Source: Rhizophagus irregularis
Taxonomy: Eukaryota
NCBI RefSeq assembly: GCF_026210795.1
Contig: NC_089430.1
Coordinates: forward strand, 248,001-312,000
Length of the DNA stretch: 64,000 nt
Direction: 5' to 3'
Each line of letters opens with the position of its first letter. Within the stretch, counting starts at the first letter, position 1. The notes beneath the pieces were generated by a model, which worked only from the letters and a program-made list of their open reading frames with translations, did no database searches and had not been told where the DNA came from. Shown in pieces: positions 14,120-29,223 of this stretch. A program made the translations under genes and the position numbers.

Positions 14120-14300
14120 TGCTGTTTTGGTATTGGTCCAATATCTGAAGATTTTATAATTCTGATTTCATTATTTCATTCTTCAATTTTAATATTCTTA
14201 ATTTTTTTATAGAATTCAATTGCCTTAGATCTTTTTTCTGGATTAGAATCCCAACATTCTTTCATTAATTCAATATAGTCCTTAGGTGCGTTAGTGGGCG
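14120..14300 (-). pseudogene. Isolated C-terminal fragment of a protein kinase
   Basis: My translation is TNAPKDYIELMKECWDSNPEKRSKA...*..IIKSSDIGP (kinase subdomain XI), with a stop and no upstream kinase exons. Confidence 0.8.
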
Positions 14301-16085
14301 TGAAAATCGTGCTAATCTGAGGATAACGCTCCGAGTAAATAAAATTTGGAATTATATTAATTTTTCGTAATCAACACTAAATAATTTTGAATAATAGCGA
14401 ATAGTTCATGTAATTACTATTATTATAAAAATTATTTATGTTATTTATTTTTTAATATTAACGGTAATCTAAGAAGTGATTTAATTATATACATACGTAT
14501 CTTTGATTTGTATAACATAATTTATTTATTTTGTTTACCAAAGAACAATATAAAAAATATATTTAATCCTGATAATACTTGTGATATTAAATGGATTGTT
14601 TTTAACTTATGATAAAAAATATATCACATTAATTATACAAATAAATGAACAACAAAAGATTATGTAAATAAGAAACAAATCAATCATTTTTATTCTCCGC
14701 ATTGTAATTAAAATTACGTTAATAACGCGTTGGCGATTAATTTAAAAAACAATGAAAGACGAAAAAAAAATAAGATTTTTAATGTATATTAAGGTTAATT
14801 TCATGATTCACAAAAGAACAAAAATATTAAAAATTCATATAAAAAAGGTGATTCAAATAATTATTATGTAAAAAATATAATATATAAAAACGACGTCATG
14901 CCGATCATTTGCCGATCATTTCCAAAAGGAACAACGTAATTTTTTTTTTTTTTAAACCAAAATAAATCTTAATATAAGCATCGTATAGCCTTCAAAATCA
15001 TAACTTATAGGTAATTTTGCCTACCCAACAAATTTGCTTAATATCTTAAGAAGAGTTATAAATACCGTTTTTTGATATTTTTGACAATTTATGGCTTGGG
15101 GGTGAGGAATATCAAAAAAAATAACAAAAAACGGTAAAATACTATTAAATCGTCTGCAGTATAACGACTTTGTTGCTACACCACAAATTTAGATTTACTG
15201 TAAGGGTTGTACTGTGTAATAGAAAGAAGAGCCATTAAACAACTGTTTGTTTTGCAACAGTTTCCGACTTAATGTTTGCACCTGAGTTTAGTTTTTTTAA
15301 CAAATGATGAGAATTACATGTTGACATAGGATTGAGTAAGAAAGTCATTGTTAACAAAAATTGACAAGAAATAATAAAATTTTTGAAAAAGAAATTATGA
15401 AAGTTTTGTAGAAAATTAATTATTTATAAATTTATTCGTGTGAAATTCTGTAGAGAAAAAAATTCCCGAACAATTCTTTCATAGAATTAATTATGCTACA
15501 AATCGACACTTGTGTAGCAGTAAATAAACTGAATTTTCAGACTTTTAGGCAAAAAATAAAAGAAAAAAGTTTTTACAGAATTCTCAGAATTCTATTGAAT
15601 CGTTTCTACATTGATCTAATCCTAATAAGCGAGGGCGTATAAATTTTGTTTATCCCCCTGCTTGGTATGGCGTCACTTTTAAGCATTTCCTTTTGGAGTA
15701 GTTCCCTGAATTACGCAACATTTTTACTTTATTTATTTTCCCATTTCAGCGCATCACATGCATTAAACTATAATTTGTGGCGGTGGACTTTATCGTGTTA
15801 CCATTAAAAATAAATGTCTCAAAATTGTCCTAGTGTTTTTAAGTATGTCCGGAATTCCGGAAAATACCTATTTTTGAACCTAAATGATGATCTCTCCTTT
15901 TTTTGATTCAATGATTTTTAAAAAATGCATTAATTTTACGTATCGCATTGCACGCATTTCACGAGAGTAATTAATAAATTGTATATACATTGTAAAATTT
16001 ATAACAACCAATTTTTTAATAAATAAATAACAAATAATAAAATAAATAAAATATTTAAAATCTAACCAACTAATATACCTAAAGT

Positions 16086-19000
16086 TCAAGAATGGAATAC
16101 ACGACGCGTTCTTCTTTTATCCCGAATATAATTTATAGATTGATGTGAACGACTTATGATGTTAATTGTAAGAGTTATCGCTGAAGAGATTAAAGTAATA
16201 ATTGGAATAATATCAAATGTTATCGATTTCATTCTAAATAAAATCTAGGAAAAAAAAAAAATAATCAAATTAAAATTCCAAGTACCAAATAAATCATATA
16301 ATTTTTAAAATACCTGAATGATAAATTGAGGAATATCTTCAACGAAAATGTTTGTAAAAGCAACCCAAAATATTATCGATTTAGCGGAATCAGAAAATGG
16401 AGCTTGAAAATATTTAAATCCTGCCAGATTTGAATGTAAAACACTTAATAATTCAATATCAATTCCCGCCAATATTGTAAATATACTAGCAAGTCTATTA
16501 TTTTCTGTAAACCACGATAAAAACTCATTTCTCGTATTTTCTTTTGCTATTATTAGAAATGATGATGCCATATTTAATCCTATTGGAATAGTATAAAATA
16601 TTAAACTATAAAAAAAATTTAAAAAAAAATTTTTTTTTTTAATTAAAAAATAAAATAAATTTTTTAGCTCATTTTAATATATTTAAAGAGTAAATTTATT
16701 CATCACACGTGCGATGCATCGCCACTTTCCTTTTTTGTAAATTATTTATGTTGATCAACCTGCTTATACATCGCCACCCCCCTTAAAATGGCAATGATAA
16801 ACATAAAAATTTGCATCGCACGTGCGATAAATAAATTATTTCTTAATATAATATTGTACCATACCTTGGAATATATAACATTTTTACATCCTTGGCATTA
16901 TTAATTATAAAAAGAGTATCAATAACGAAATCAGAAATAAATAAACTAAATTGAAAAATAACAATATTGTGACCCTAAAAAATTATTATTTTTTTTTTAA
17001 ATGTGGAAATTTAGTCAAAAAAAAAAAAAAAAAAAAAAATTTAAAAAAAAAATATTATAAAATACCTTTTTTTCTCTTTTGTTAGCAAGAATATAAAGAA
17101 TAACTAAAAGTACCAAAATTATAATTAAACCCGATAATTTTGGTCCATATTCTTGCAAATAATTCGCTAAATATTATTTTTAAAAGAAAAAAAAAATTTT
17201 TTTTTTTTAGAATCACGATTCACGAAATAAAATTATATCGAAAAAATTTTATTAGTTAATAATTACTTACGAGCAGGAATAAAGCCATAAGTAGAATCCA
17301 AATAAATAAGTTTTCCTTTTCCAATAGGAGTCTGATCATTATTTGACATCATGTAATTTATATCCTGAATTACAGAATTAACATCTTTTTCATATGGATC
17401 TTTAGTTTTCTCAATATTTATATTAATCAAAAGTTTTCCATCATTTGATTTAGGATCAATTTGATCTTTATCATTTTTACTAAGACGATCTCGTGATATT
17501 TGAACAGCATCAGCCAATTCATCCAATAAAGAATTAAAGAATTGATTTTTTTCATCATATGAAGAATTTTTAAATATATTTGATCCTTCTACAGTTAATC
17601 GAAGTAAGACAGCTGTTGAACTTGTAATAGTATATGAATATTTATTATCTTCAATTATAAAATTCCAAACATTTTCTCTTATACCTAATAAAGATTCTCC
17701 ATAAATTCTACTTTTAACAAAATTATTATCAATTTTAATATAAAAATTTCCTCCTGATTTACTAAAAGTACTATTAAGTATATTTACAATAACTTTTTTA
17801 TCATCATTATTTAATATACATTCTATACCAGAAGTTGATTGTCGTAAAAATTTTCTTTGATCAATTATTTGAAATATTGATAATCTACCATCAGATAATA
17901 TTACTGGATAATAAAAATTGATTGTAATATTCTTAATATCTGGATATATTGTGGAATTAATTTCAGGATATGTTGATTCTATATTTGTATTAAAATATCC
18001 ATTATCATTTGTAAATTTAGGTAATTTAATCATATTAAATCCCCAAGTATTATTATATTCCTGTTGTGCGACCAAGATACTATTATTTGGCAATATTGCA
18101 TAAGCATAATTTAAATTTGTCAGTAAAGGTTGTTCTAAACCTAAAATACCATTCTCAGCAAATATGTAAGTATATAATCTATGTTCCATACCAATTTTTG
18201 CACGTTCTGTTAACATATAACCACCAAATAATAAACTTTGTAATTTCCAAGATCTAAAACCAATTTGATTATTAGGAAAAGTAATTGGCGTAATATTTAT
18301 TGCAATTGTTGCCCCAGATGATAAAAATCCAATTTTAAGATTAAAATTACTTTCATTATATTTTATAGGTAAAGAACAAGAATGTCCAACTCCAACATAT
18401 TCTATATTACAAGATATTGGTTGAGGTATTCTATTTAATAAGTTTCCTCGATAAAGGAAAACTTTAGCTGTATCAGATTTATTATACCCTATTAATTCTG
18501 CAACAATTAAATCCTTTAATGAATTTGAGAATGTATTATTTAATTTATAAATAAAAGAGTAACTTTCATTAACTGTCGGTATTAATGAATCATACCCAAC
18601 TATTGCTCTAGAATCTAATTGAATCTTTCCATTAATCAAAATTGTAAATTTTCCATCTAATTCTATTTTATATTGTTTCCATTCAAAATCATAACTTTGC
18701 AATGGTCTATACCCTATAATAAATCCTTTTTCTTTATTAATATTAAAACTTATTTGTATACGTGGTACTCTAAGTCTATAAAGTCTACGATATCCTTTAT
18801 AACCCCAAATTCCTATAGGTATTTTATCAATCACTTTACCATCAAAATCAATTGTCATTCCCCATCCTTCAACATTTATATCATCTGTTGAATTATAATA
18901 AAATACGAAAAGTTTATCCTTTCCAATTATTTCATATTTTAAATGATCTTCTGCTTCATCTTTTCCCATTTTCATTGAACAAAAATTAAAGATTTGAACC

Positions 19001-19299
19001 CCTTCTAATTTAATATCCTTTTCTATTACTGTCCCATCAGAATTAATAATTCTTAAAAAAAGTGTATCATAATTACAATGTTCAATTGAATTAGATTTAC
19101 TTGTATCATTTCTAACAATTCTTATTATTACAATATTATCATATGATTTTATTTCTGCTACTCTAGGTGGTGTTTCTATTCCATAATCTTTTTCTTCAAT
19201 ATGTGAAAACGTTCTTATTTCTGTTATTGTACTTAAAGGATAAATACATAATAAAATAATTATAAATAGTGTAAACATCTTAAAATAATTGGATCGCAT
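16086..19299 (-). CDS. Large membrane protein with a signal peptide, a ~650-aa ectodomain and a multi-pass C-terminal region; at least 5 exons
   Basis: MRSNYFKMFTLFIIILLCIYPLS signal peptide; 699-aa ORF; spliced hydrophobic exons including FVEDIPQFIIQ; last exon ILFRMKS...RRVFHS*. Confidence 0.85.
16678..16850. mobile_element. Small MITE or foldback element inside an intron
   Basis: Inverted repeat tttattcatcacacgtgcgatgca / tgcatcgcacgtgcgataaataaa. Confidence 0.7.
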
Positions 19300-21099
19300 T
19301 TTTCTTTTTTTTTCTTTTTTTTTAGAAAATTTAGAAAATTTAGTAAAACTTCGTCGCTCCATTAATTAATTATATATTGTTTTAAATTCCAAATGAGGTT
19401 TGGTTAGGAATCGGTTCAATCATTTTAAAAAGGAAATTTTGGAGGCTAGGCTATCGTTAAATCTATTGGAATTGATAAATAAATTATCGATCAAAAAAAA
19501 TCTAAGCCTCGGCTTAGTATAAGATCGACTCATTAATTGTCGTCATAATTACGTATGTCTCGTGATTTCTTGCGGATTCAATGGATGCGATCTACATGTT
19601 TTTGGCTCATTCTAAACAATCGCCGACCAGCATTACCTATATAATGCCGGCCCTTAAGAAATGCGTAGAGCTAAATAGTAAATGTGTGCCGATCTATATA
19701 ACTCGGGTCCTATTCACTCACGTGATCCACGGCGCAGTTGGCCGGTTTATCATCACTCAAATAGAAGAATATCCGGATTTCACAAAGAGGTAGTAGTAGT
19801 CTACAATCTCAGGATGTAAATAATGAAGTGAACTTAAATGTGATAATTGATCGAATTAAACAAAAATCTATTAGAAGATCGACAACATTCATAGCAAGTA
19901 GCAAGGGATTCAGCAGATGAAAAAAATAAATCCTGTCTTCTTTCGAAATATTCATAAAACATCTTTATTATTTAGAAACTGAACCACGCGAAAAATAAAT
20001 TGAACATTTGTATTTTGTACATGTAGTAAAGTATTATACTAGTATTATCGATAACCAAGATAGCCTTCTTTACTGCGAAAAAGAGTCCTTTACCATTAGG
20101 AACGTACTCCTTATTTTTTTTGTAAGCAATAGTATACACTAAATGAATAAAGAGCGTGGTTGGGCAGCAAGACGCTCAACGTTGAGCTCTGCTTCCTGGA
20201 AAGTTAACTTTTTTGTTATACTTGTTCCTCTTTGGAATGGATTAAGTACAAATGGTGATGTGCGTTCGTCAGATAATATTATAGGTAAGTTCTCCTTGAA
20301 TGATATTAAACAGAATTTACGTAATGGGCGTATATCAAAACAGATCATATTATGCTTGTTGGGAAGTTACAAAGTAATATATTCACACGTTTATTTTCAC
20401 TAGATACCATCGATACTACTATTTTAATTAATTTCAACAAGAGCTTGAAGAATATACAGTATTAACAACAGAAGGGAAATACTCGCATATAATGATATAA
20501 AGAGAAAACATAGCATAATTATTTGTACGAAAATTTCATGTAATTGGTTTCTTATGTTATTTCTTTTCTTAGCAAAAAGTTAGCAACTACTATGTTATAA
20601 CATAATTATGTTTGCGAAGTTTTTTATATTCATTGTTAACCAGAGTCCATACTCAAGACTGATATACAAAAAATAGTACAATATCCAAGGGTACGCTTTA
20701 CGTATCATGCAGTGTTGGTAACTCATACAAAGCATAACAGGTACGGCCATAGTCATAATCTCTATTTTAATAACCTTTGTTGTCCGATTTACCATTACAA
20801 TGATACCCAAGGGTACGCTTCACGTATCATGTACATGGAAACTATCGTATGCTTTGTACAGAAATTTTGGAACAAAGAGTTCACTAGATATAGACTAGTA
20901 CCAGCAAATATTTGATAGTCCACAAATGTTACTTCTTTTTAGTAAATTTAGTTTTGTATGAATAATAGACACTACCGAATAAAGATAGCGAGTTTTTCGC
21001 AATGGCTGTTCCTAAAATATTCTTTCACTTGTGTAGAAGTAATAAACATCTTGAATGGGTAGTTATTCAACAGATTTCTAATGAACAAGTTCGTGTGGT

Positions 21100-23900
21100 T
21101 GTAAATTCAACTACTGAGGAGTAACGTTTAATAATATCATGCTGTATTAACAAATGTACGAGATAGCCCATGTTTATTTGAAAAAAAATTTGCCATGAAG
21201 TTTTATCACGAACGCTGAGATTCTGATAATGATATATTATAACACGGGATATCACACTCTCGCACATTAATAAAAATGCTCAATATGATCGAAATATTAT
21301 CATGTACAAAAAAATTAGGAAAGAATGTTAAACTTTCTTGTTCTAGTGTTTCGTGGACTTTTCTTGTGATCACACATGTATAGTACACATGTATAATACA
21401 CATTGAAGGAATTAACGTTTTAAACATTTTTTTTCTCCTAGTAAATAAAACAGGAACCCAGTAGTATACATGATAAAGAGTTCATATTAATGATTTCACT
21501 CGTAAATAATAAATCTCAATAATAAAATAATTTTAAAAATATTTTATTTAAGTATAAGTAAATTTATAAACAATATTATATAATACAGTAACGTTTCACG
21601 GCGCAGCCGTGAAAATCATGATATTTATTCGACACATGAAATAACTCTTTTATCTCATGGAGACTAACGTCCAGTGATGGGAAAGAGGGAAAGAGTGGGA
21701 AAGGTATAAATAAATTATAAAAACACGTGAACATGAAAAATATTATCAGAAAAATTACAGGCATGAATATATCATCAAAAAAATCACTGGCGACCAATTA
21801 GTAAACATGAGATAAATAATTTTAACTGATATTTTTAAGTTATCACTGATTATTATATTTCCTTTCCTGTGATGAGGCTACACGTATATCTGGTCTTGAT
21901 TGTCTTCTTTTCCAATAAAAGTATATAAGAAATGAAGCCCCTATCAAGGCAAGCACGATTGATAAAATTATAATTCCTATGACAAGATATCTGTTTTGAG
22001 TACTTAGATTTTTGTATAAATTTTGATCTGGAAGATTCGGACGATCTGAAAGATCTGGATTAAACTCATTAACCCATTTGTAATTAGATTTATCGTACGT
22101 GTCTAAAATAAATACTTCATTTGATGTGGGTAGTGGTAATTCATTATTAGTTTTTCCGAAAGCCACGAACATATAATAACCGACCAAAGTAGCCGTATGG
22201 TAAAAACGTGAAGGTGGTGGATCTATAGCATTCACATTTGACCATGTATAATCATATGTATCTAATATCACAAGATCATCGCTTACAATACTACCACTAC
22301 CAGTATAACCTCCATACACGATAATACGACCATCTTGAGCTATATAAATTAGAGAACAATTTAATATATTACCCATTTTATTAAATTTAATTCACAACAA
22401 TATATAATTACTCAGAACGGCAGAATGGTATGCACGAGGTGTTGGCGAATAACCAGTGGCTTTCTGAGATATCCATGTATCATTATTTGTATTATACAAA
22501 AGTAGCTATTTTTTTTTTAAAAAAAAATTATCAGTAAATATACAATTTAGACCCTCAATTAATCAATTAAACGGTGCCGATTTACCTCTGACATTTTCAC
22601 AAATCCTCCGTTAGGTAATTTACCACCTATATAAACAATATAACCGTTTGGCAATAAAGTACCCGTATGATCGTACCTTCCTTCTTGAGCATTAATGTTA
22701 ACATGTTCCCACACCAGCGTCGATGTATTCAAAATATCCATATAATTATTAATTTGGTTAATTTGAAGTCCCGGATTGAGTCCACTAAATCTATACATTT
22801 TTCCAGTTCTAACATCACAAACGGTCTGGCTCTGGCTGTGAAAATTATATTGAGGTGGATTGATGGTCGTAGAGATATTCCATTGTTGTAAACTTGTGTA
22901 AGTGTAGACTGTAGCAGTATCTGTTCCTTGTTCTCCATTATACAAAAATAGAGAATTATCAAGTCCACAGTTTGAAAAGGCGCTCCATGTATGTGCTGGA
23001 ATATTTTGCGATACGGAACTAAGATCCACCCAAGGTAATTTATCTCCTGCTCCGACTTTAAAGGGTTTCTCGACGTCTAAATAATAAAATTCTTTGGAAA
23101 GTGTTGATTCTTTAAAATCATCCTTGTATTTGGGAAAGAGACCACCTGTAAAATATATTCTAGAATATGCAAATACGGCGCTGTGGCCCCAAACTGTGTT
23201 GTTAGGCGTGAAAGCCAAAGTGGACTCATTGAGATACAGGCAAATAACGATTAAGCAGAAGAAAAGCATTATCAATAATCATAAGGGAGTTGAAAATTAC
23301 AACGAGAGACTTGTTTTAATATTAATATAATGATACAACGAAAAATACATATGGATATTTTCGATGCTAGAATTCGATATTTATACAAACTAAAAAAATG
23401 CCAGGACGATTAATAATTTGAAAATCAATGAACTACTTTGTTAAGAAAAAATAATAAAGTGAATGTTTCAGGAATGTATTTCGGATTTTTATTTACATTC
23501 ATTTCTTACGTAAATGTATCCTTCTTATACTTATTATACATGTACGACCAACCCATTTGCTAATTATGATCGACAAGTAAAGTTTATTTTGTAAACAAAT
23601 ACGAGGATCATTTCCCGGAAAATTTTCGAAAGCAATTTTTTGAAAGAAATTGAAAATTTTTTTATAATAAAATACGTGGATTAACTTAAAGCGTTAGTAT
23701 GTTCCATATATTATTTAAGCCCTTGTTATATAATACAAAACATTATTTATTCTAGACCAAGAAGTTTATATAATCGGAATGGGATTTCCAATATAGTCAC
23801 ACAATAGATGATTAGACGCAGTAATTGTGTTCAGATATCGGCTATACACAAAAAAAACCGGAATTAAACACCATGACGATCTAACCAAATTATATGTAAA
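21100..23900. repeat. Segmental duplication unit 1, paralogous to ~51725-55265
   Basis: Gene, introns and both flanks are shared (for example gaagtaacgtttaataatatcatg and ccatgacgatct). Confidence 0.9.
21843..23275 (-). CDS. Kelch/galactose-oxidase-type beta-propeller single-pass membrane protein, copy 1; exons 23275-22586, 22505-22412 and 22339-21843
   Basis: Signal peptide; kelch motifs GHSA..YFTGG, RYDHTG..YIGG, RAYHSA..VYGG and RFYHTA..AFG; C-terminal transmembrane helix followed by KRR; phase-consistent introns. Confidence 0.9.
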
Positions 23901-23960
23901 TAGCTCATTGCGGCGGAATCACATGATGTGATACATAACAACACTGAATAATGATTTCAC

Positions 23961-24795
23961 TAATGTTTCGGGCGAAACTGTTTTGCGATTGACGAAATGT
24001 CCGAAGCTTCCGAAACTCAGCCGAAACTAAAATTGTCACATGCATGTATTTTTAATTGGTTGTTAAATATGTTTCATTTAAAATCCAGTTGTAGATTACA
24101 CGCCCGTTCGTCCAATTAACATTAAATTTTAAATTTTCAAAATCGCAAATCCAAATTCTTTTTATCATTCGCGTTTTCATATTTATTTATTTTATTCGCT
24201 TTAGTTGGAATATTAAATAAATTATATATACATATATTTTTATCATATTTACAATATCTTACGAATAGTATTTTCCAAAATTATGAATTTATTATCATGT
24301 TTTGTTCAATGCATCATTGTATGTTTGTTATTCCCATTTAATATCTATTTGTTTTTTACGTTCATTATTCAATTTTCTGAAATCATTATTTCTTTTTTTT
24401 CTTCTTTATCTTCAATACAACTCAACTAGTTATGATATTTTACTAGTAGGAATTCACATTATTTATTTAAACTTTAACATGTTAGAGGCTTTATAAACCA
24501 GTGCATATAGTGGTTGAAAGTCTTAATTTACAATTATTTACAATCATATTCTAACTAATTAGATTATGACGAAATTTTTTAATATTTGGTAGCAAGTGTC
24601 AAAAATGACTTGTACAAAATCCTACCTTACATCTAAAATAATTTAATATCTTGGAAGTTTAACACGTGACTTTTTTAGTTTCGCCAGGTTTCAGAGTTTC
24701 GCCAGTTTCAGAATTTTGCACATTTGGCTAAACCAGTTTCGCCAAGTTTCGGAAGTTTCGCTAGATATTAAGTTTCGGTTTCACCCAAAACACTA
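23961..24795. mobile_element. Non-autonomous hAT-like DNA transposon with 8-bp TSD gatttcac
   Basis: TIRs taatgtttcgggcgaaac / gtttcacccaaaacacta; TSD at 23953-23960 and 24796-24803; subterminal cgaaac/gtttcg repeats. Confidence 0.88.
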
Positions 24796-25519
24796 GATTT
24801 CACAAAAAGAGTAAAAGAAGAAAATCGAGAAATTGATGAGAAAAATATTAACGACAAAAGAGCAACTTAAAAAAGCGTTATGGAAAAACAATTTAAAAGA
24901 GAAGAAGATCGAGTTTTCGAGAATAGTAACTTTAGTATAATCCTAGTTGTAGTCACGTGATTTCACGTAAAAAATTTTCACCATAAATTAGATAAACAGT
25001 ACTACAACTGCACCAAACCTTAGATCTTGTTTTTGTGATGTTTGTATGTTCTTTATCATATAAATAAAAAACGGTTCATTTTACCAAAAAAAAAAAAAAA
25101 AATGTAAAATAGCTTATTTAAAAGATGGAAACCCATGCATAGATTTTATTAATAATAACTAGAGTCATACCCTAGGGCCGGTGACCGGCCCTTTCTAAGA
25201 GTATGATATATACCATAAATTTTAACACTTATTTGCAGAAACAAAAGTATTGATAAGATATAATTTAATTTTGTTTGAAATAAATAAAGAATTTATTTTA
25301 TTTTTTTTTTTACATCTAAAATATTTTAATTTGTTTTTTACGTTTTGATTTAATAATCTTGTAATTGGCCTTAAAAGAAGAATTTATAAAAAACAATTTT
25401 TTTTAAAAAAATTTTTTCGGTTCTAACCAAAATATAATAATTCAATAAAATTTATTTCACATGATTAAAAACTTAATATTGTGGGATATTTCAAATCAAA
25501 TTTGGACGATTCTATGTCC

Positions 25520-26075
25520 ACATATTATGTTTTTAATAAATCAATTCATGTAATATATAATTTTTTTTAATAAATTAATTCTGTAATACTGTATATATTT
25601 TAATAAGTAAATTCATATAATTTTTCTTTAATAATTAAATTCATACAGTATAATGTTTTTAATAATTAAGTTTGTATTATGTTTTTTAATTATAATTTTT
25701 TACTAATAAATATTTTTTTAATAAATAAATTTAATAAATTCGGATATAATTTTTCTTAATAAATCAATTCATGTAATATATATTTTAATAATTAAATTTG
25801 TATAATGTTTTTTAATAATTACTAAATTTGTATAATGCTTTTTTTTAACAAATAAACTCATAATGTTTTTAATAAATAAATTTAATAAATTCGGGTATAT
25901 ATATTATTTTTAATAAAATTCAGATATATATATATATATATATTTTTAATAAAATAAAATTCGGATATATATTTTTTAATAAAATAAAATTCAGATATAT
26001 ATATATTTTTGGATATATATATTTTTTATATAATTTGGATATATGTATATTTTAATAAAATTCAGACATATTTTT
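25520..26075. repeat. AT-rich degenerate minisatellite
   Basis: Repeated ttttaataa(a/t)taaattc(a/g)gatat motifs. Confidence 0.7.
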
Positions 26076-29023
26076 TTTTATATTTGATCAGGTTCATTTA
26101 AGAATGTTATTCGCTTTATATATTTAATTTCCTTCAATTCCTATTATAGTTAATTACAAAAATTAGCCTCCTGAACAATGTATACGAATAATAAATATTT
26201 CCTTGATGTTAATATGTAGTTAGCTCCCAGATTTTTGGCCAGCCAATTCATAATTCCTTGATGTCAATATATGGTTAGCTCTTGATTTTTGATCAACCAA
26301 TTCGGATCATGCTGCAGATCATGATCAATTTTTTTTTTTATATAAACGACCATTGTTCGTAATATTGACGGAAAAAAATATCAACTCAATATCAATATCA
26401 ATATCAATTCAATATCAATTCAATATCAATATCAATAATATAATAATATAAAAAACGTACCCTATACTTAGCGCATAAGAGCTAACCAAATTAGTAAAAT
26501 TTTCCTTCCTTTCCAGGATAGCACGATTAGCATAACAACCAATTACAAGGACTATCACTATTAAAATGAAGATCACCTGATATCGTTAACTATATAGCGT
26601 GATCTGTATATAGTGTCAAATTCAGTTAATATGGAATTTATTTTAGTAATTTTTCTATAATTAAGCTTATAATTATATATTTTTTTTTATTTGACAATTT
26701 TTTATAACTATTTTAGAGCAAATTTATATTTTTTTGCATAAAATGTTTTATATTGTTAAAAAATTTTTTTTTTATTCACAATTTTCCCATTTATCTTGAT
26801 AAAATTTGAGAAAATTTCTAGTGAATTTGCATCTAGTTTTTAATTTATGAAATTTTTCTTTAAAATCAACATTTGTAGTTGATTTTCAGTAAAAAAGCAC
26901 TAGAGTCTTAAATGATGTCAAAATGTAGCCTTTGTCTCAGGTTTACTATACAATTTACACAATGTAAATTGAATTTATTTTGAGCGTATAACATGCATTT
27001 TTATCACGTGGATAATTTCCGGTTTTTTTTGTAACTTTATTGAGAAGACGTTATATTGTGATAAATTACGTTGCGTGAATAAAAAAAAAATAAATATAAA
27101 TATAATGAGGCAAACAATAAACAAATAAATTAGCAAAGCTGCTTGCATCACACAAGTTACGTGGGAGTGAGTGATACTGGGGAGGTATCCTTAACGTGCA
27201 TCTTTTCTTAAATATGATTGGCTCAAAATGTGGTGCATCTGATCATCAATAGAATATTATTATTTTTGTACAACATATCCCTAGTTTCTCGCGAAAAAAA
27301 TGAGTAAAACTATTTAAACTATTTTAATTTCAACAAGAAACATCTTCCATGATGTGCGTCATTATCACATAAAGTAACATCAGGTGAAATGATGTCAAAC
27401 GCTACTTGTGGTCGTACGAATGCAATGAAGATGATTTAGAAAAAAGAAATAAATTGTAAAACAATTATAAATTTTGATTTATTTATAATCGACGTTGAAA
27501 TTTTCATAACTTACATAGAACAAACTTCTAAATAAAAGTAAACCATATACGATGTAATCATTTAATTTTGATTTTCTGAATTGCCTTAGTTTTCAGACTA
27601 AGAAAATGATGACAGATTCTGAAAATATAATCGTCAAACATTCCGATAAAGAAGTCCAATATTGGATAAACTGCATGCGAAACCACTTAAATTGAGAATA
27701 ATCTTTAATATACTTGATATTTTTAAATTATTCGAGCGATAAAGTAAGATCGATTTAATTAGATTATGTATGGAAGCCTTTAATTGATTAGATTAATAAA
27801 TATTAGTAATAAAATTAAAAGGAATTGAAGTATAAAATGGTTAAAAAACTCACCATAATCATTTCGATCGTATAATCCATGATGATTTTTAATGTTTGAC
27901 GATTACAAAATTAAAAGAAAAAAGGAATGAACGAAAAAAAAAAATTATTCAAAAAGAAAAATATACAGAAATGAGAAATTTTTTTTAAAAAAAAGATTTT
28001 CACGCACTTTTATAATACCAATTTTATAAAACTCTTTCATTTTTTTGAATATTATACAGTATTAGACTATACTATATTTCGAAACCTAAATTCTTTGGAT
28101 TCCATATTAGGTTTCCTTATTTTCTAAGTTATTTTTAAAAAAATAATTTAATATAAATGTCTCAGTGACTCCTTGTTGTTATTATTATTTTCATATTCAA
28201 CAATTATTCATGTTAACTATTAAAATTATATACTTGGTAATTTTATAGTTTCAGTCATATAGCGTGTTAAGTTCCTAGCAAAAAAAAACAGGTAGATCAT
28301 TAAATTACTGCGTAAACAAAAAACATGTTTATAGATAATACAAAAAGATATTATGAAACAGGTTTTACAACAAATTGGATCATTTCTAAATTTGGATAAA
28401 ATTTTTTCATCAAAAATCTAATTTAAAAATATATTGTTTCACATGAGGTTGACGTTTGCTAGTTTGCATATAATATTTTATATTGTTGCGAATGTTGCGT
28501 TACATTATCTGTTAAATGCGAAGATCAATGATCATCATTTACTAGATTACGAAATATTACAGTGATTATTACTTTAGAATTAATTAATTAAATGTACAAT
28601 ATAACGATAAATTTACTTTTATAAAAATCTTTATTTAGAATATTTTTAAAAAGTACTTGGATTTATTAGATAAAAAAGGTATTATTTGGTTAATAAGTGG
28701 GTTTTCTCCTTTCATTTATTGATTTATAAACAATCGTTTGAAAAAATTAAACATACAATATTTCATGAAGTTCGCGTCATTATACAATTACTTTTATCAG
28801 CAATAATACCTTAAGAAAGCATTGTTCCTTACATGATCATATATATATGTATATCGAAATTTGGAATTTACTAGTTTATCGTTACCTATAAATAGCGACC
28901 AGGTGGAAGGACAGGGGATGGAGTAAAGACTTGCATGAGTGATTTATGAAACAATAATTCAAGGGTAAAATAAAATATAGTTAGTTTAAATTACATGTTT
29001 ATATCATGTAAGGTATTTAATAG

Positions 29024-29221
29024 CCCTGTAAAAAATCTGATCCGTGTTTTATTTTTCCATGTTTTTTCCGTGAATGTATCATTTTAATGGAATTTATAGC
29101 CTTAAATCATGGAAATTTTCATCTCGCTAACACGGATATCCGTAAATGTATCATTTTCACGGAATTTTTACGGAAGACACGGAGAAATAATGGAAATATT
29201 CGGATAAAATTTTTTATAGGG
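29024..29221. mobile_element. MITE with CCC...GGG termini and a 3-bp TSD (tag)
   Basis: ccctgtaaaaaat...attttttataggg; tag at 29021-29023 and 29222-29224. Confidence 0.8.
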
Positions 29222-29223
29222 TA

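Noticed and set aside
19500..20930. Short ORFs, a CpG-richer patch and a duplicated ccaagggtacgct..cgtatcatg motif
   Set aside because: I could not assemble a coherent reading frame; possibly a promoter plus decayed sequence.
25165..25206. GC hairpin agggccggtgaccggccct as a terminator or Helitron end
   Set aside because: No supporting element boundaries, and bacterial-type terminators are not expected in this context.
25520..26075. Possible second micro-exon array
   Set aside because: No repeated donor and acceptor pair on either strand.
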